IMG/VR virus record: IMGVR_UViG_3300030330_004653
Location: 1 to 54,085 of that record
Direction: 5' to 3' (one strand)
From: a virus
Lineage: Duplodnaviria; Caudoviricetes
Length of the DNA: 54,085 nt
Shown: positions 16,068 to 26,184 of the stretch, piece after piece
Layout: each line of letters begins with the position of its first letter
Position numbering within the stretch: the stretch's first letter is position 1
The notes under the pieces: model-generated
Database searches by the model: none
Seen by the model: the letters and a program-made list of their open reading frames with translations, nothing else
Told to the model about the DNA's origin: nothing
Position numbers and translations under genes: made by a program

Positions 16068-16649
16068 ATGAACGGCATACCAGAAGAGGCAGTATTAGCA
16101 GTCGGGTCCGAGTTTGAGCATCTCTACGAAGAGGAGCTACCGGAAGCTGACGTAACATTTAAGAGGGCGTTGCAGGCAGTAGTGCAGACTTTGCCTTATG
16201 ACCTTCACTTAGATCCCACCCTGCAAGGGGATGATGCAGAGAAGGTGGTAGATCGTGGACTGGTGGAAGCTGAGATAGGCAAGAGCTGGAAGATAACACT
16301 TAACTGGACCCGTAGCTGGAAGGGGAAGATCCCAGCAGGGTATGCCAGAATAAAGTATCACGACACTGAGGTTGCAATTATAGGCCCATGGGCCACGGTA
16401 CGGACCTGTTGGAAGTGTGGATTGAGTGGATGGGCAGATGAGAAAAAGAAGATTGGCATGTGCCTACCTCATTATCCCTGCCCCCACTGTGGTGAGCGGG
16501 ATTGGTTCGGAAGAATAGTTGAGCCGTATCACTTTGAGTTGGATATGGCTGAGTTCATAGTCCGAGACGCAGATAAGGACAATTTTTACGAAGAGTTGAA
16601 GCCATCAAAACCAAGTAGCGAAGGAGTACCTACTCCATCGCAGAACTGA
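16068..16649 (+). CDS. Zinc-ribbon-containing hypothetical protein
   Basis: CWKC...CPHC; AAGGAG RBS. Confidence 0.75.
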   Translation: MNGIPEEAVLAVGSEFEHLYEEELPEADVTFKRALQAVVQTLPYDLHLDPTLQGDDAEKVVDRGLVEAEIGKSWKITLNWTRSWKGKIPAGYARIKYHDTEVAIIGPWATVRTCWKCGLSGWADEKKKIGMCLPHYPCPHCGERDWFGRIVEPYHFELDMAEFIVRDADKDNFYEELKPSKPSSEGVPTPSQN

Positions 16650-16732
16650 CCACTGTCTTCTTGGGCTAAGATCACCCCATCTGGGGAACGCATTAAGGCC
16701 GCTGGGAGATAAAGTCAAAAAGGAGAAGTACG

Positions 16733-17638
16733 ATGTCTGAAGTTTTTGAGGAAGAGAACGTACAAGAGTCGGATGATTCTACTGCTACGCAGACTATTCC
16801 CGAAAAAGTTCAGGTTGACGGAGAAGAAATAGATATCCGTCAAGCTATTGCGGATCACAGAAACAAGAAGGAATGGCAACGATCTCAAACGCAACGAGAC
16901 CAAGAGATTGCCGCACAAAGAAAGGAAGTAAACGATTTGTTAGGCAAGGTCATTGATCAAGTTGCACCCAACAATGCACAAGCGGTTGCCAATACGGACT
17001 CCTCCTTCGATCTGGATGGGATGCTGGAAAAGATCCCAGACCCGATTGAAGACGAGAAGGGGTATAAGGCAGCGATGGCTCAGGTCCTCAAGGACTATGG
17101 GAGTGCATTGAAGAATGAGATTGCCAGCCAGACCAATAACTTGAAGACGGATACGCAGAAGCAAATACAAAGTCAATCGCAAAAAGATCGCATTGTGCAG
17201 GACAACCTACGCATGGTACGCGACTACGTTGCGAAAACACTCGGAGACGATGTCACAGAGACCGATGTCAACGATGTGATTAAGAGAGTCGGCCAGAAGT
17301 GGGGACCAGAGTATGGGACTGAAGATGCTTCTGGTGCGTTTCGATACAACGAGCACGCTGTAGAGGAGGCCCTTTGGGGTGTTCCTGCGTTGCGTACTCG
17401 TCTTATAGCATCGCAAACCAATGAGGCCCGTAAAGAAGGTCTTACAGGCAGACAGAAAGGTCAGCAGGGATCGCCTTCGGCAAATCGTGCGGTCGCAAGA
17501 CCAACAAACAATGCGCCCATTGGGGACAAGATTGAATGGCTCAGATCTCTTGGAGAAGATGAGATGGGACGAGCTGTTAGTCGGATGAATCCCGATGAGC
17601 GAAACAACATGCTCAGGGCCTTATATAACGGGTCCTAA
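16733..17638 (+). CDS. Capsid scaffolding protein (putative)
   Basis: KVQVDGEE...TQRDQEIA motif; coiled-coil; directly before the major capsid gene. Confidence 0.75.
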   Translation: MSEVFEEENVQESDDSTATQTIPEKVQVDGEEIDIRQAIADHRNKKEWQRSQTQRDQEIAAQRKEVNDLLGKVIDQVAPNNAQAVANTDSSFDLDGMLEKIPDPIEDEKGYKAAMAQVLKDYGSALKNEIASQTNNLKTDTQKQIQSQSQKDRIVQDNLRMVRDYVAKTLGDDVTETDVNDVIKRVGQKWGPEYGTEDASGAFRYNEHAVEEALWGVPALRTRLIASQTNEARKEGLTGRQKGQQGSPSANRAVARPTNNAPIGDKIEWLRSLGEDEMGRAVSRMNPDERNNMLRALYNGS

Positions 17639-17662
17639 CTAACCAAGTAGGAAGAAAGTACA

Positions 17663-18802
17663 ATGGCTGCAAACGTATTTACCACAGGAACAGGGACAGC
17701 AACCAGTCTTGCCGACCCCCTTGTTAATATTCTTTTCTCGTCCAAGCTGCATGTAGAAACGCAGTCGGAACTCTTCTTCAATCAGGCTGGCCTGATTAAG
17801 AAGGAAGATGGTAGCGAAGAAACCTTTGAGCGTAAGGGCGATAGTCCTATCGTGATGAAGGATGAGTTCGGCAAAGAGCGCGGTCAGCGCATTCGCCTTG
17901 CTCTCCGCAAGCAGCTTACGACCAATGTAGGCTTGTCGGATCGTGACGGAGGCAGCGGCCTCAGTCAGTATACGTATGGCGTTTCTTCAATGGTCGATCA
18001 AGAAGAAAACATGAACCTCTTCGATATGGAGGTGATTGTTGAATTGATGAAACACTCCGTAGGCTTTGCGACCCCAGAGTTGCAGGACCTCCGCACGCCT
18101 ATGCGTATGGAGCAGGAAGCGGCAGTCGCTTTGCGCGATTGGCTAACGGGCCAGTATGAAGAGTCCATCTTGGACGCTTTTTATGATGGCAACGCTGCTC
18201 ACGTAATCAAATCATCATTCGCGTCTGCAACGACTCACCCCCGTGTTATTTGGGGCAATGATGCTACGGAACAGGCTGATATCAGCAGCAATGACACGTT
18301 GTCTGCTGCGGATCTCCGCAAGCTGTATGAGACGCTTCGCGTAAACAACGTCAACCCGTTGAAGGTTGAGGGTAAGGAAATGTATGTCCTCCTTGCACAT
18401 GTTTACAGCGTCAGCGATTTGATGAACGATTCCGACATCAAGAATACGTATCAGAATGCGTTTACGCGCACTGGTGCGGGTGCTGAGAATCCTCTTTTCA
18501 GCCGTGCTGATGTTGTCTTTGAGGGCATTGTTGTTCACGAATACAACCGTGTGCGTTCGCCTGCTACGGGTACGAACGCTGCCAGCACCAAGCAGAATAT
18601 TGCTTTGGGTGCGGATGCGATTATCTGCGGTAACGCTTCTGAGCCTCGTCTCGTACGTCGCAAGGAAGATGCCTACGAAGATCGTTATGGCGTTGGTATT
18701 AAGCAGATCTTCGGATGTGCGCGTGCTGACTTCCAGCATATCAACAACAACGAAACCCTCAATCAGTCTTCTGCCCAGCTAATGAACTGGTCGGTAGCCT
18801 AA
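17663..18802 (+). CDS. Major capsid protein (N4-gp56/DUF4043-like)
   Basis: 379 aa; K..G..I motif, YVLLAH and GIVVHE..RV...LGADA; strong codon bias; hairpin downstream. Confidence 0.88.
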   Translation: MAANVFTTGTGTATSLADPLVNILFSSKLHVETQSELFFNQAGLIKKEDGSEETFERKGDSPIVMKDEFGKERGQRIRLALRKQLTTNVGLSDRDGGSGLSQYTYGVSSMVDQEENMNLFDMEVIVELMKHSVGFATPELQDLRTPMRMEQEAAVALRDWLTGQYEESILDAFYDGNAAHVIKSSFASATTHPRVIWGNDATEQADISSNDTLSAADLRKLYETLRVNNVNPLKVEGKEMYVLLAHVYSVSDLMNDSDIKNTYQNAFTRTGAGAENPLFSRADVVFEGIVVHEYNRVRSPATGTNAASTKQNIALGADAIICGNASEPRLVRRKEDAYEDRYGVGIKQIFGCARADFQHINNNETLNQSSAQLMNWSVA

Positions 18803-18816
18803 TTGATGTAAAACTG

Positions 18817-18853
18817 GGGAGGGGAGGGGGCCAACGCCCCTTCCCCCATCTCC
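18817..18853 (+). terminator. Hairpin after the major capsid gene
   Basis: GGGGAGGGGG-CCAAC-GCCCCTTCCCC; no clear U-tract on the plus strand. Confidence 0.5.
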
Positions 18854-18870
18854 ATAAAAAAGGAAAAAAC

Positions 18871-19242
18871 ATGGCTTCAATTTTTGTTGAATACGTAAAG
18901 AATAAAGACGATGTGGGATATAGCGAAGGTCCGCTCAATATAAAGGTGCGCGGTCATGGTTATTTGCAGTTTGAGCCAAAAGAAGAGTATGACAATCGAA
19001 GAGTTGAAGAGTTGTCAACGGAAGACGCAGCCATAGAGCTGTGTGAAAGACATCGTAGGCAGCAGTTGTTTAGGATCGCTCCTGACCTCATCGCTTCGCA
19101 GGAACTGGCAAAAATTGAGAGTTACATAAGTGGTCGGATATCTCCGCTGATAGAGCGCATAGAATCATTGGAAGAGCAGGTAGCTACTATGCGAGTTTCG
19201 GCTGCAAAGCCTCCGACAAAAAAGAAACAATCAAAGGCATAA
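18871..19242 (+). CDS. Hypothetical protein (head-associated?)
   Basis: ORF after the capsid gene; AAGGA RBS. Confidence 0.7.
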   Translation: MASIFVEYVKNKDDVGYSEGPLNIKVRGHGYLQFEPKEEYDNRRVEELSTEDAAIELCERHRRQQLFRIAPDLIASQELAKIESYISGRISPLIERIESLEEQVATMRVSAAKPPTKKKQSKA

Positions 19243-19245
19243 TTG

Positions 19246-19932
19246 ATGGCAATTACATGGGGAGAGCTTAAAGCCAGAATAGCATCAAGATCTCATAAAG
19301 ATCTGGGACGCTCAGAGGAGTTAGATGACGTAGAGCGATTTGCTAAGGCTGGTATAGAGCTGGTTGAAGCAGAGGATAGTTGGTCGTGGCTTTATAAGGC
19401 CTTCTCAATCCCCTTGGTTGCTGACACATATGAATATGACTGGCCCACAGGCTTAGAGCGTTTTGACGTAAAGACATTTCGATATGCTGGCAGTGGGTCA
19501 TATCTGGAGTATGCACGCATCGCTGAGAACATAGACCACCATTTAGGTCCAGACTGGCGGGATGCAGGATCGACCACAAGCGACCCTCGCTACTATACGG
19601 ACTTTGGTAGGAAGTTCTGGATCGCTCCTAAGCCCTCCTCTGGCTTCATAGCATCCAACTCCACGATACACCTATATGGATATACTTCAGACCTTGCAAC
19701 GCTCTCAGGGACCCCTACAGACGCCACAGAGATGCTTCTACCAGAGCGAGCTGCAAACACGTTCGTTGAGGCTGCTTTGATGGTGGGTCTACAGCAAGAG
19801 GATGACCCCGATTGGAAGACATATCAGCAGATATTTCAGTCCAATATTGTCAGGCTCAGGACGTTCGACATTTCAGTGGCATCCACTGACGAGGTCCTGC
19901 TGCCTGAGTGGTCTCCATACATGGAATTTTAA
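19246..19932 (+). CDS. Head-tail adaptor / tail tubular protein A-like
   Basis: W.WL, YEYDWP and PRYY...FWIAP.P pattern; position. Confidence 0.75.
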   Translation: MAITWGELKARIASRSHKDLGRSEELDDVERFAKAGIELVEAEDSWSWLYKAFSIPLVADTYEYDWPTGLERFDVKTFRYAGSGSYLEYARIAENIDHHLGPDWRDAGSTTSDPRYYTDFGRKFWIAPKPSSGFIASNSTIHLYGYTSDLATLSGTPTDATEMLLPERAANTFVEAALMVGLQQEDDPDWKTYQQIFQSNIVRLRTFDISVASTDEVLLPEWSPYMEF

Positions 19933-20240
19933 TGGCTGAAAACACAGACATCGATCTGGCAACCATCGCCATTTCAAACAACCTCAGTTCAGATACGGTT
20001 AGAGCCTCGCTGGAGGGGACTTGGAAAGAGTCTCAAGTGCTCGTTAAGACAGATGAAAGTCAGGTGGCCTTTCGGACGGAGGTGGGTTGGGGGAAGCTGG
20101 TATGGGGAGGTGTCTTGCCTACGCTAACGACAACAGAAAGAGACGCATTGTCATCTGTAGCTAATGGCACATTGATCTACAATACGACCACAGACAAAGT
20201 GCAGGCGCGAGCCGCTGGCAGTTGGGTGGATCTACACTAA
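19932..20240 (+). CDS. Small virion protein
   Basis: LPTLTTTERDAL...GTLIYNTT...W motif typical of fibre-shaft domains. Confidence 0.7.
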   Translation: MAENTDIDLATIAISNNLSSDTVRASLEGTWKESQVLVKTDESQVAFRTEVGWGKLVWGGVLPTLTTTERDALSSVANGTLIYNTTTDKVQARAAGSWVDLH

Positions 20241-21814
20241 TGCCAAAGCAAAGAAATAGATATCGGTTTCCTACGGGACGAGGGTTTCTCGGAGAGAACA
20301 ATACCGATGCCGAAACAGAGGATATGTTTGGCACGGGCGCATTGGCACTACTTCGTAATTACCATCTTGACGGGTATGGAGCATTAAGAAAAAGGCAGGG
20401 ATGGGAAGAATACACCTCCAATGCAGTCAATAGCACAAATGCTATTCAGGGCTTGGGGTATATGGACTTTGGGACCCCATACTTGCTGGCAGTGTCTGGT
20501 GATAAAGTAAAATACATGGTCGAAGCAGATCCTCCCACGTGGACTGATATAACTGGATCTGTGACGATCAATAATAACCAGAACAACCTTTGGCGTTTCT
20601 GCACGTTCCATGATGGGGTTAATGGGAACATCTTGGGAACGGATGGGGTAGGAAACCCGTGGAAGTGGAATGGCACTGGGAATGTATCAGCTCTGGCCCT
20701 AACAAAGGCAAATGACCTCCAACAGTTTAAGTCCCATGTCTTTGCAATCAATACAAGTGATCGCCCAACGGCTATTCGCTACTCTGACACTGGAGATCCA
20801 ACGACTTGGCCCTCTGATAATATTTTTGATTGCACGCGAGATTCGGTAGGTGTCGGCCTTGCACTACACACAAGCGAGACGCTGCTGGCTTTTTATGAAA
20901 ACAGTATATATCGGATCAATTTTGATTATGGTGGTGCGGGGTCTCTGACCAGCTTTTTTACGAATCAAGTTGTGGATGGGTCCGTTGGTTGTGCTTCTAA
21001 AAATTCAATAGTCACATCAAATGGACAAACATACTTTGCGGCAACGGATGGTATCTACACAATTGGTGATCCTTCGCGTCCAGCTATTTACATAAGCAGA
21101 TCTTTAGAGAGTCTCTGGCTCAATCTTTCAAAGTCGCGCATATCAAAGATTTATGCCTTTGAGCGCGGCGAGCCATGGAATGAGATCGTTTTCTTAGTCA
21201 GCTCTGCCAACTCTTCTTTTCACGACACAGCTCTTGTATACAATACGCTAACAGCGCAAAGAGCAGGGGCTGAAAATGCGTGGTCTGTGTTTACCGCAGA
21301 TAGCAATAAGCTCCGCTTCAATGTCGGTATTAATTATCGAAAAAGTGATGGGGTTGATTACACCCTGTTGGGCAAGTATGACTCCAAGGTAGTCAAGGCG
21401 TGGGGGAATGATAGGCAGCTTACCACGTTTCAGGATGGTGGGACAGCCGTAACGTCTGTGATAGAGACAGGCTTTATGGATATGGGGTATGAGGGGATAA
21501 AGTCCATCCGAGAAATATGGATGGATTTAGGGGTGTCAGCCAAGCATACTTTTTCTGTTAAGGTCGAAGGTCCAGAGGGAAGGCTTTCTACAAATACCCA
21601 AGTAGATGTGGGATCAGAGGGTGCGTTGCTGGATATAGACTTCACGTTAGGAACATCGTCCCTTGCTTCTGGATTAATATCTCAAGCCCGATTCAACCTC
21701 ACTGGCAACAGCCGCTATTTCAAATTTCGTGTTGAAGAAAATGACACAACTAAGCCCCAGCGCGTAGAGTCTTTTCACTTCCTCTATGCGCCTAAAGGGA
21801 TGAGGATAAAATAA
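20240..21814 (+). CDS. Tail hub / tubular protein B (P22 gp10-like beta-propeller)
   Basis: GALRKRQG, IRYS....P.TW and VGC...SIV....YF...GIY motifs. Confidence 0.8.
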   Translation: MPKQRNRYRFPTGRGFLGENNTDAETEDMFGTGALALLRNYHLDGYGALRKRQGWEEYTSNAVNSTNAIQGLGYMDFGTPYLLAVSGDKVKYMVEADPPTWTDITGSVTINNNQNNLWRFCTFHDGVNGNILGTDGVGNPWKWNGTGNVSALALTKANDLQQFKSHVFAINTSDRPTAIRYSDTGDPTTWPSDNIFDCTRDSVGVGLALHTSETLLAFYENSIYRINFDYGGAGSLTSFFTNQVVDGSVGCASKNSIVTSNGQTYFAATDGIYTIGDPSRPAIYISRSLESLWLNLSKSRISKIYAFERGEPWNEIVFLVSSANSSFHDTALVYNTLTAQRAGAENAWSVFTADSNKLRFNVGINYRKSDGVDYTLLGKYDSKVVKAWGNDRQLTTFQDGGTAVTSVIETGFMDMGYEGIKSIREIWMDLGVSAKHTFSVKVEGPEGRLSTNTQVDVGSEGALLDIDFTLGTSSLASGLISQARFNLTGNSRYFKFRVEENDTTKPQRVESFHFLYAPKGMRIK

Positions 21815-21815
21815 A

Positions 21816-24800
21816 ATGTCTTTAGGTGACTTATCTAACAAAAACAAACGTCTCGGATCGATAAATGTGACCGGAGATGATGATACTGATGAATACGTCC
21901 AGCGAGCTTATGATCTTTATAGTAGGCCATATCGTCAAGAGTTTGAACGGTTAGGTGAGTCTACGCGCAAAGAGGCATTAGCTAAGGGGCTTTATCTGTC
22001 TGGGGACTATGGTAAAGCGATTGGTGATAATTTAGAGGAATACAACCGTAGGATCGCAGAGCAAGTTGTTATACCCTTAGCAAAAGAGGGCATGGACAGG
22101 GGTTTTAAGGCTCAGGAATTGGGGCTAAGGGAGCGGCAACAGGATGAAGTGGAAAGAGCAGCCCTAATACAAGAAGGCTTTACGGGAAGAGAAATAGACA
22201 TACGAGAAGCCCAGCAGGCTGAAACTGAAAGGGCTGCTCAAGTCGATGAAAGTTTTCGCAGGGCTGATCTGACAGGCATGTATGGTGGGGGCATTATTAA
22301 TGCCGATGCACTGGGACTGGATGCCAAGGAGCTTCAGCGTTTTGTGGGACGGGACTCATCAGGCTTTGCCACAGACGAAGAAAAGGCCGCTCAAAATTTT
22401 GAAATAAGACAAGCATTTATAAATGCGGTGGGTCGAGAGCCGACAGCAGAAGAGGTCAGCTCTGTATTGCGCGGTGGGAATGTAGCAGTGGCTGGTGTTC
22501 AAACATTAGCTGGCCGACAGCAACTGGTGCAAGAGCAGGACTTGCAACAGCGCAGAGATCAGCTTGAAGAAGACAAACGACAGTTTGATGCAGAGTTAGC
22601 ACAGGACAAGACGCTATCGGATGCGGATAGGTTGGAGCGTCAGCGTCAGTTCGATGCAGAGCTACTGCGAAGAGAGATAGAGTTTGCAGCAGAAGCTGTT
22701 GGTATGTATGGCTCGGTCAGCGTCTCGGCAGACACCTTCGGCATTGACATATCTGACTATTATGACGCAGAAACAGGCGCGATTATATACGAGAACGATG
22801 AAGGGACCGGATTCTTTGATTATGCAGATCGCTTGCAAGACGAGCTGGAAAGGCAGGGGCTTAAAGCTACGGATGATGAGATAGCAAGGATGCTTAGGGG
22901 TGAGTCTGTGCAGCTCACAGGCGTGCAGACCTTGGCATCTCGTATGGCTTCTATGTCACGTGAGGAGTTTGATGCAGAGTTGAGCTTGCGCAAGGATCAG
23001 CTTGAGGCTGACAAAGAGCAGTTTACTGCACGCCTCGCACAGGACTTGAGCCTCTCTGATGCAGACCGAGAAGAGCGAGCGCGTCAGTTCAATATGGATA
23101 TGATCCGCAGGGAGGCCGAGTTCGCAGCCCAGCAAACAGGTCGCTATGGCGTGGCATCAGTATCCGCAGAATCCTTTGGTATAGACATCTCCGAGTATTT
23201 GGACCCAGAAACTGGACAGCTTAGAGAAGGTGGCTTTGACATCTTTATGGATTATGTCAGCAGCATGGAGACGCAGCTTGCTGCGGCTGGCATATCTATG
23301 TCGGATGCAGAGATCCAATCCTTCTTGATGGGTGAGACAATATCAGTCACCGGATCTCTGACCCTTGAAGGGCGCAGGCAGCTCTTTGAAGAAGAGCAGC
23401 AAGCGATTATCAATCAGCAAGAGGAAGATCGGATAACCATTCAAGAGGACCGAGTTAAACTTGATGAAGCTATTGCACGCGCCCAGCAGGCTGGGACCTA
23501 CATAGACCCAAGGGGGGGGAAGCCTTTAGATACCTTAGAAAAGGAGAGACTTGCCCTCCAAGAAATTGAAATGTATCTGGAACTGACGGGAAGTGCGAAT
23601 GGCGAGGATGAAAATGGCAACTTCCTTGGCACGCTTGCGTATAATGCCCAGAAGAAACAATTGGTTTGGGAAGAGGAGCGTAGGAATCTGGAGAATGCCA
23701 TTCAGCGAGCCAACGCTACAGGCAACTTTATAGATCCAGAGACTAACCAGTCTATTGACACCCTCCAAAAGAAACTGCAAGACGCAGATATACGCATTGA
23801 AAATGCCAAGCTCGCGTTTACCAAAGAAAAAGAATCATATGATCGTCAGGAAAGATACGCTGAACTAACTGGTACTTTCCCACCAGTCAATATGGGAGCC
23901 AGTGAGTTTGGCATTGACATGAACTTGTTGTATCCCGATGGGGGGGATGAGCCTGACATTGCCTACTTCATGGGGATGGCTGATGTGCTACAGTCGAACG
24001 CCAATCGTCTTATGGGCAGAGACCTTACGGACACTGAAATAAATGCTCTATTGTTGGGGCGAAAAATAACAACAGCTGACGCAACAACGACCCTCGCTTC
24101 ACAAATACAAATCGCGCAATTGACGGGTAAATACAAAGGTGCAGATATCTACGCCAAAGTCATTGAGGAGGCGAAGCTAACAGGCTTTTTAGATGAGACT
24201 CCTACCTTGCAGCAGAATGAAGCTGAGTTCAGGGAGGCAATAGAGAATAGAGTCCAAGCCCTCAATGAGCAGCGTCAGGCTTTTACCGAGAACATGGAGT
24301 TGATGCGCGAGACAGGATACATGGAGATCGGGACTAACGGCACGGTGACAGCTGAAGATATAGGCATTGATGTTACCTATGCTCCTACAGGGTCTCCAGC
24401 AGAGATGCTAAACTCTCTTGAAGCAGAAAAACTCCAAGATACAGCACAGATCTTAATGGGTCGAGAATTAACAGACCCTGAAATTATTGACCTCCTCCAA
24501 GGCAATGGCATCTCTATTGAATCTCCTATTCGCGTAGAGACGCTTGCAGCTCGCTCAGAGCGTAACCGGAATCAATTAGAAGTCGCTCAGTTGATGGGGA
24601 CGTTAGGCGAGAAGAAGACGGAAGCTGCACGCCAGTTCGATGCGACCCTTGCCGAGCAGCAGGGGCTTAACCAAGCAGACATCGCTCGCATTAACGCAGA
24701 TGTCGTACGCGCTGACAGGCAACTGGAAGGACAGTTAGCGCAATGGGCAGCGCAAACCAATCTCGACATAGCAACCCTAACAGGGGAGTTTGGTGTGTCG

Positions 24801-26165
24801 GGCGATATCACTGCGGAAGAGTTGGGCGTTGTAGTAGACTTGAGCCAATTTGAAGGGTCAATTGGGGATCAATTATTTGCAGCTATAGATGAGTATGGCC
24901 CCGTTTTAACTGAAGCATTTACGAGTATGACAGGTCGTGCGCCAACAGATCAAGAGTTAAGAAACTTCCTTCAAGGGGGATCGGTATCAGTAGAAGCTAC
25001 TCCTACTCTCGCATCTAAACAGCTCTCTCAGCTCGTATCGTCACAGTCCATGGAACGGGCAAATGATATGTACAAGTTTTCCCAGCAGTATGGCTTGGAG
25101 GTGCAAGAGTTTGCAGAGATGCAGCAGCAGTTTGACGATACCAATGCTCGCCTGACAGATGAAATAAGCAAACGCTTCACCCTTGATAAGATGAACTTCA
25201 CGCTCGCCCGTCAGGAGATGGAAGCCAACCTCACAGGGCGATACAATGTGAGCGGGACAATAGACGCAACCAGCTTGGGCTTCGATACTGGCCGATATGA
25301 AGGTCTAACCTATCAAAGTGAAGAGTTGCAAAACGCAGGAAAGCAGCTTTCTGAGGTGTATGAAACGCTGACTGGAAACACAATTGGACTACACGATGCA
25401 ATGAAGATGCTCCAAGGCAGACACTCTGTGCAGGCTGACACAACATGGACGCAGCAAGCCAGAGAAGCGGCCATGAAATACAATTTAGATCAAGACAAGT
25501 TTGAAGAAGCGATGGACCAGTTTAACAGGACCTTTGAGGATGAGCAGCGCAGAGCATACATCCAAATGAAAGGCACAGGCACAGACTACGAAGGCAATGA
25601 AATAGTCACACAGGGCTACCGAGCCTACCAAGATGCTCGGAACGACTTTGAGAAGGTAGAGGCTCGTAGGGATTTAGTGTGGAGTGGTTTTTTGACTGAC
25701 GCTCAGTCAAGAGACTTTGATGGTGTTGCGGGTGAATTTGATGCTGAGATGGCAGATGTCAACTTTTCCACCTCTTTCAGGGCTGAGAATGGAAGAGAGC
25801 CGACAATGGAAGAAAGGGCAGAAGCCGTCGAACAAGAGTTTTCGTCTATTTATGGATATGTCCCGCGAAGAAATGATGTCATTGCAGCCATTACAGGAGA
25901 CATTGAGTACCAATTTTTATCAAAAGAGAATAATCGATTTCTGCAAGACCTTGGGAGAAGGTATGGCGGCAGAACCGCAGGTTTTATTCCTGTCTTTTCT
26001 TTTGAGACGGGGAACAATTTTGAAGAGGAAGCGGGTCGTTTAGCCAACATGCTAAATGGACACTCTATGCAGGTTGTTGAGGCTATGAGCGGATGGCAGC
26101 AGGCAGGCATGTTCATAGGGAATGCAGCAGTCAATCTTGCTTCAGCCAAACTTGCAGGCACGTAA
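21816..26165 (+). CDS. 1449-aa internal virion/ejection protein with repeated modules
   Basis: Position after the tail hub; coiled-coils alternating with repeated modules. Confidence 0.7.
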   Translation: MSLGDLSNKNKRLGSINVTGDDDTDEYVQRAYDLYSRPYRQEFERLGESTRKEALAKGLYLSGDYGKAIGDNLEEYNRRIAEQVVIPLAKEGMDRGFKAQELGLRERQQDEVERAALIQEGFTGREIDIREAQQAETERAAQVDESFRRADLTGMYGGGIINADALGLDAKELQRFVGRDSSGFATDEEKAAQNFEIRQAFINAVGREPTAEEVSSVLRGGNVAVAGVQTLAGRQQLVQEQDLQQRRDQLEEDKRQFDAELAQDKTLSDADRLERQRQFDAELLRREIEFAAEAVGMYGSVSVSADTFGIDISDYYDAETGAIIYENDEGTGFFDYADRLQDELERQGLKATDDEIARMLRGESVQLTGVQTLASRMASMSREEFDAELSLRKDQLEADKEQFTARLAQDLSLSDADREERARQFNMDMIRREAEFAAQQTGRYGVASVSAESFGIDISEYLDPETGQLREGGFDIFMDYVSSMETQLAAAGISMSDAEIQSFLMGETISVTGSLTLEGRRQLFEEEQQAIINQQEEDRITIQEDRVKLDEAIARAQQAGTYIDPRGGKPLDTLEKERLALQEIEMYLELTGSANGEDENGNFLGTLAYNAQKKQLVWEEERRNLENAIQRANATGNFIDPETNQSIDTLQKKLQDADIRIENAKLAFTKEKESYDRQERYAELTGTFPPVNMGASEFGIDMNLLYPDGGDEPDIAYFMGMADVLQSNANRLMGRDLTDTEINALLLGRKITTADATTTLASQIQIAQLTGKYKGADIYAKVIEEAKLTGFLDETPTLQQNEAEFREAIENRVQALNEQRQAFTENMELMRETGYMEIGTNGTVTAEDIGIDVTYAPTGSPAEMLNSLEAEKLQDTAQILMGRELTDPEIIDLLQGNGISIESPIRVETLAARSERNRNQLEVAQLMGTLGEKKTEAARQFDATLAEQQGLNQADIARINADVVRADRQLEGQLAQWAAQTNLDIATLTGEFGVSGDITAEELGVVVDLSQFEGSIGDQLFAAIDEYGPVLTEAFTSMTGRAPTDQELRNFLQGGSVSVEATPTLASKQLSQLVSSQSMERANDMYKFSQQYGLEVQEFAEMQQQFDDTNARLTDEISKRFTLDKMNFTLARQEMEANLTGRYNVSGTIDATSLGFDTGRYEGLTYQSEELQNAGKQLSEVYETLTGNTIGLHDAMKMLQGRHSVQADTTWTQQAREAAMKYNLDQDKFEEAMDQFNRTFEDEQRRAYIQMKGTGTDYEGNEIVTQGYRAYQDARNDFEKVEARRDLVWSGFLTDAQSRDFDGVAGEFDAEMADVNFSTSFRAENGREPTMEERAEAVEQEFSSIYGYVPRRNDVIAAITGDIEYQFLSKENNRFLQDLGRRYGGRTAGFIPVFSFETGNNFEEEAGRLANMLNGHSMQVVEAMSGWQQAGMFIGNAAVNLASAKLAGT

Positions 26166-26184
26166 TAAGATTAAAGGATAACTA

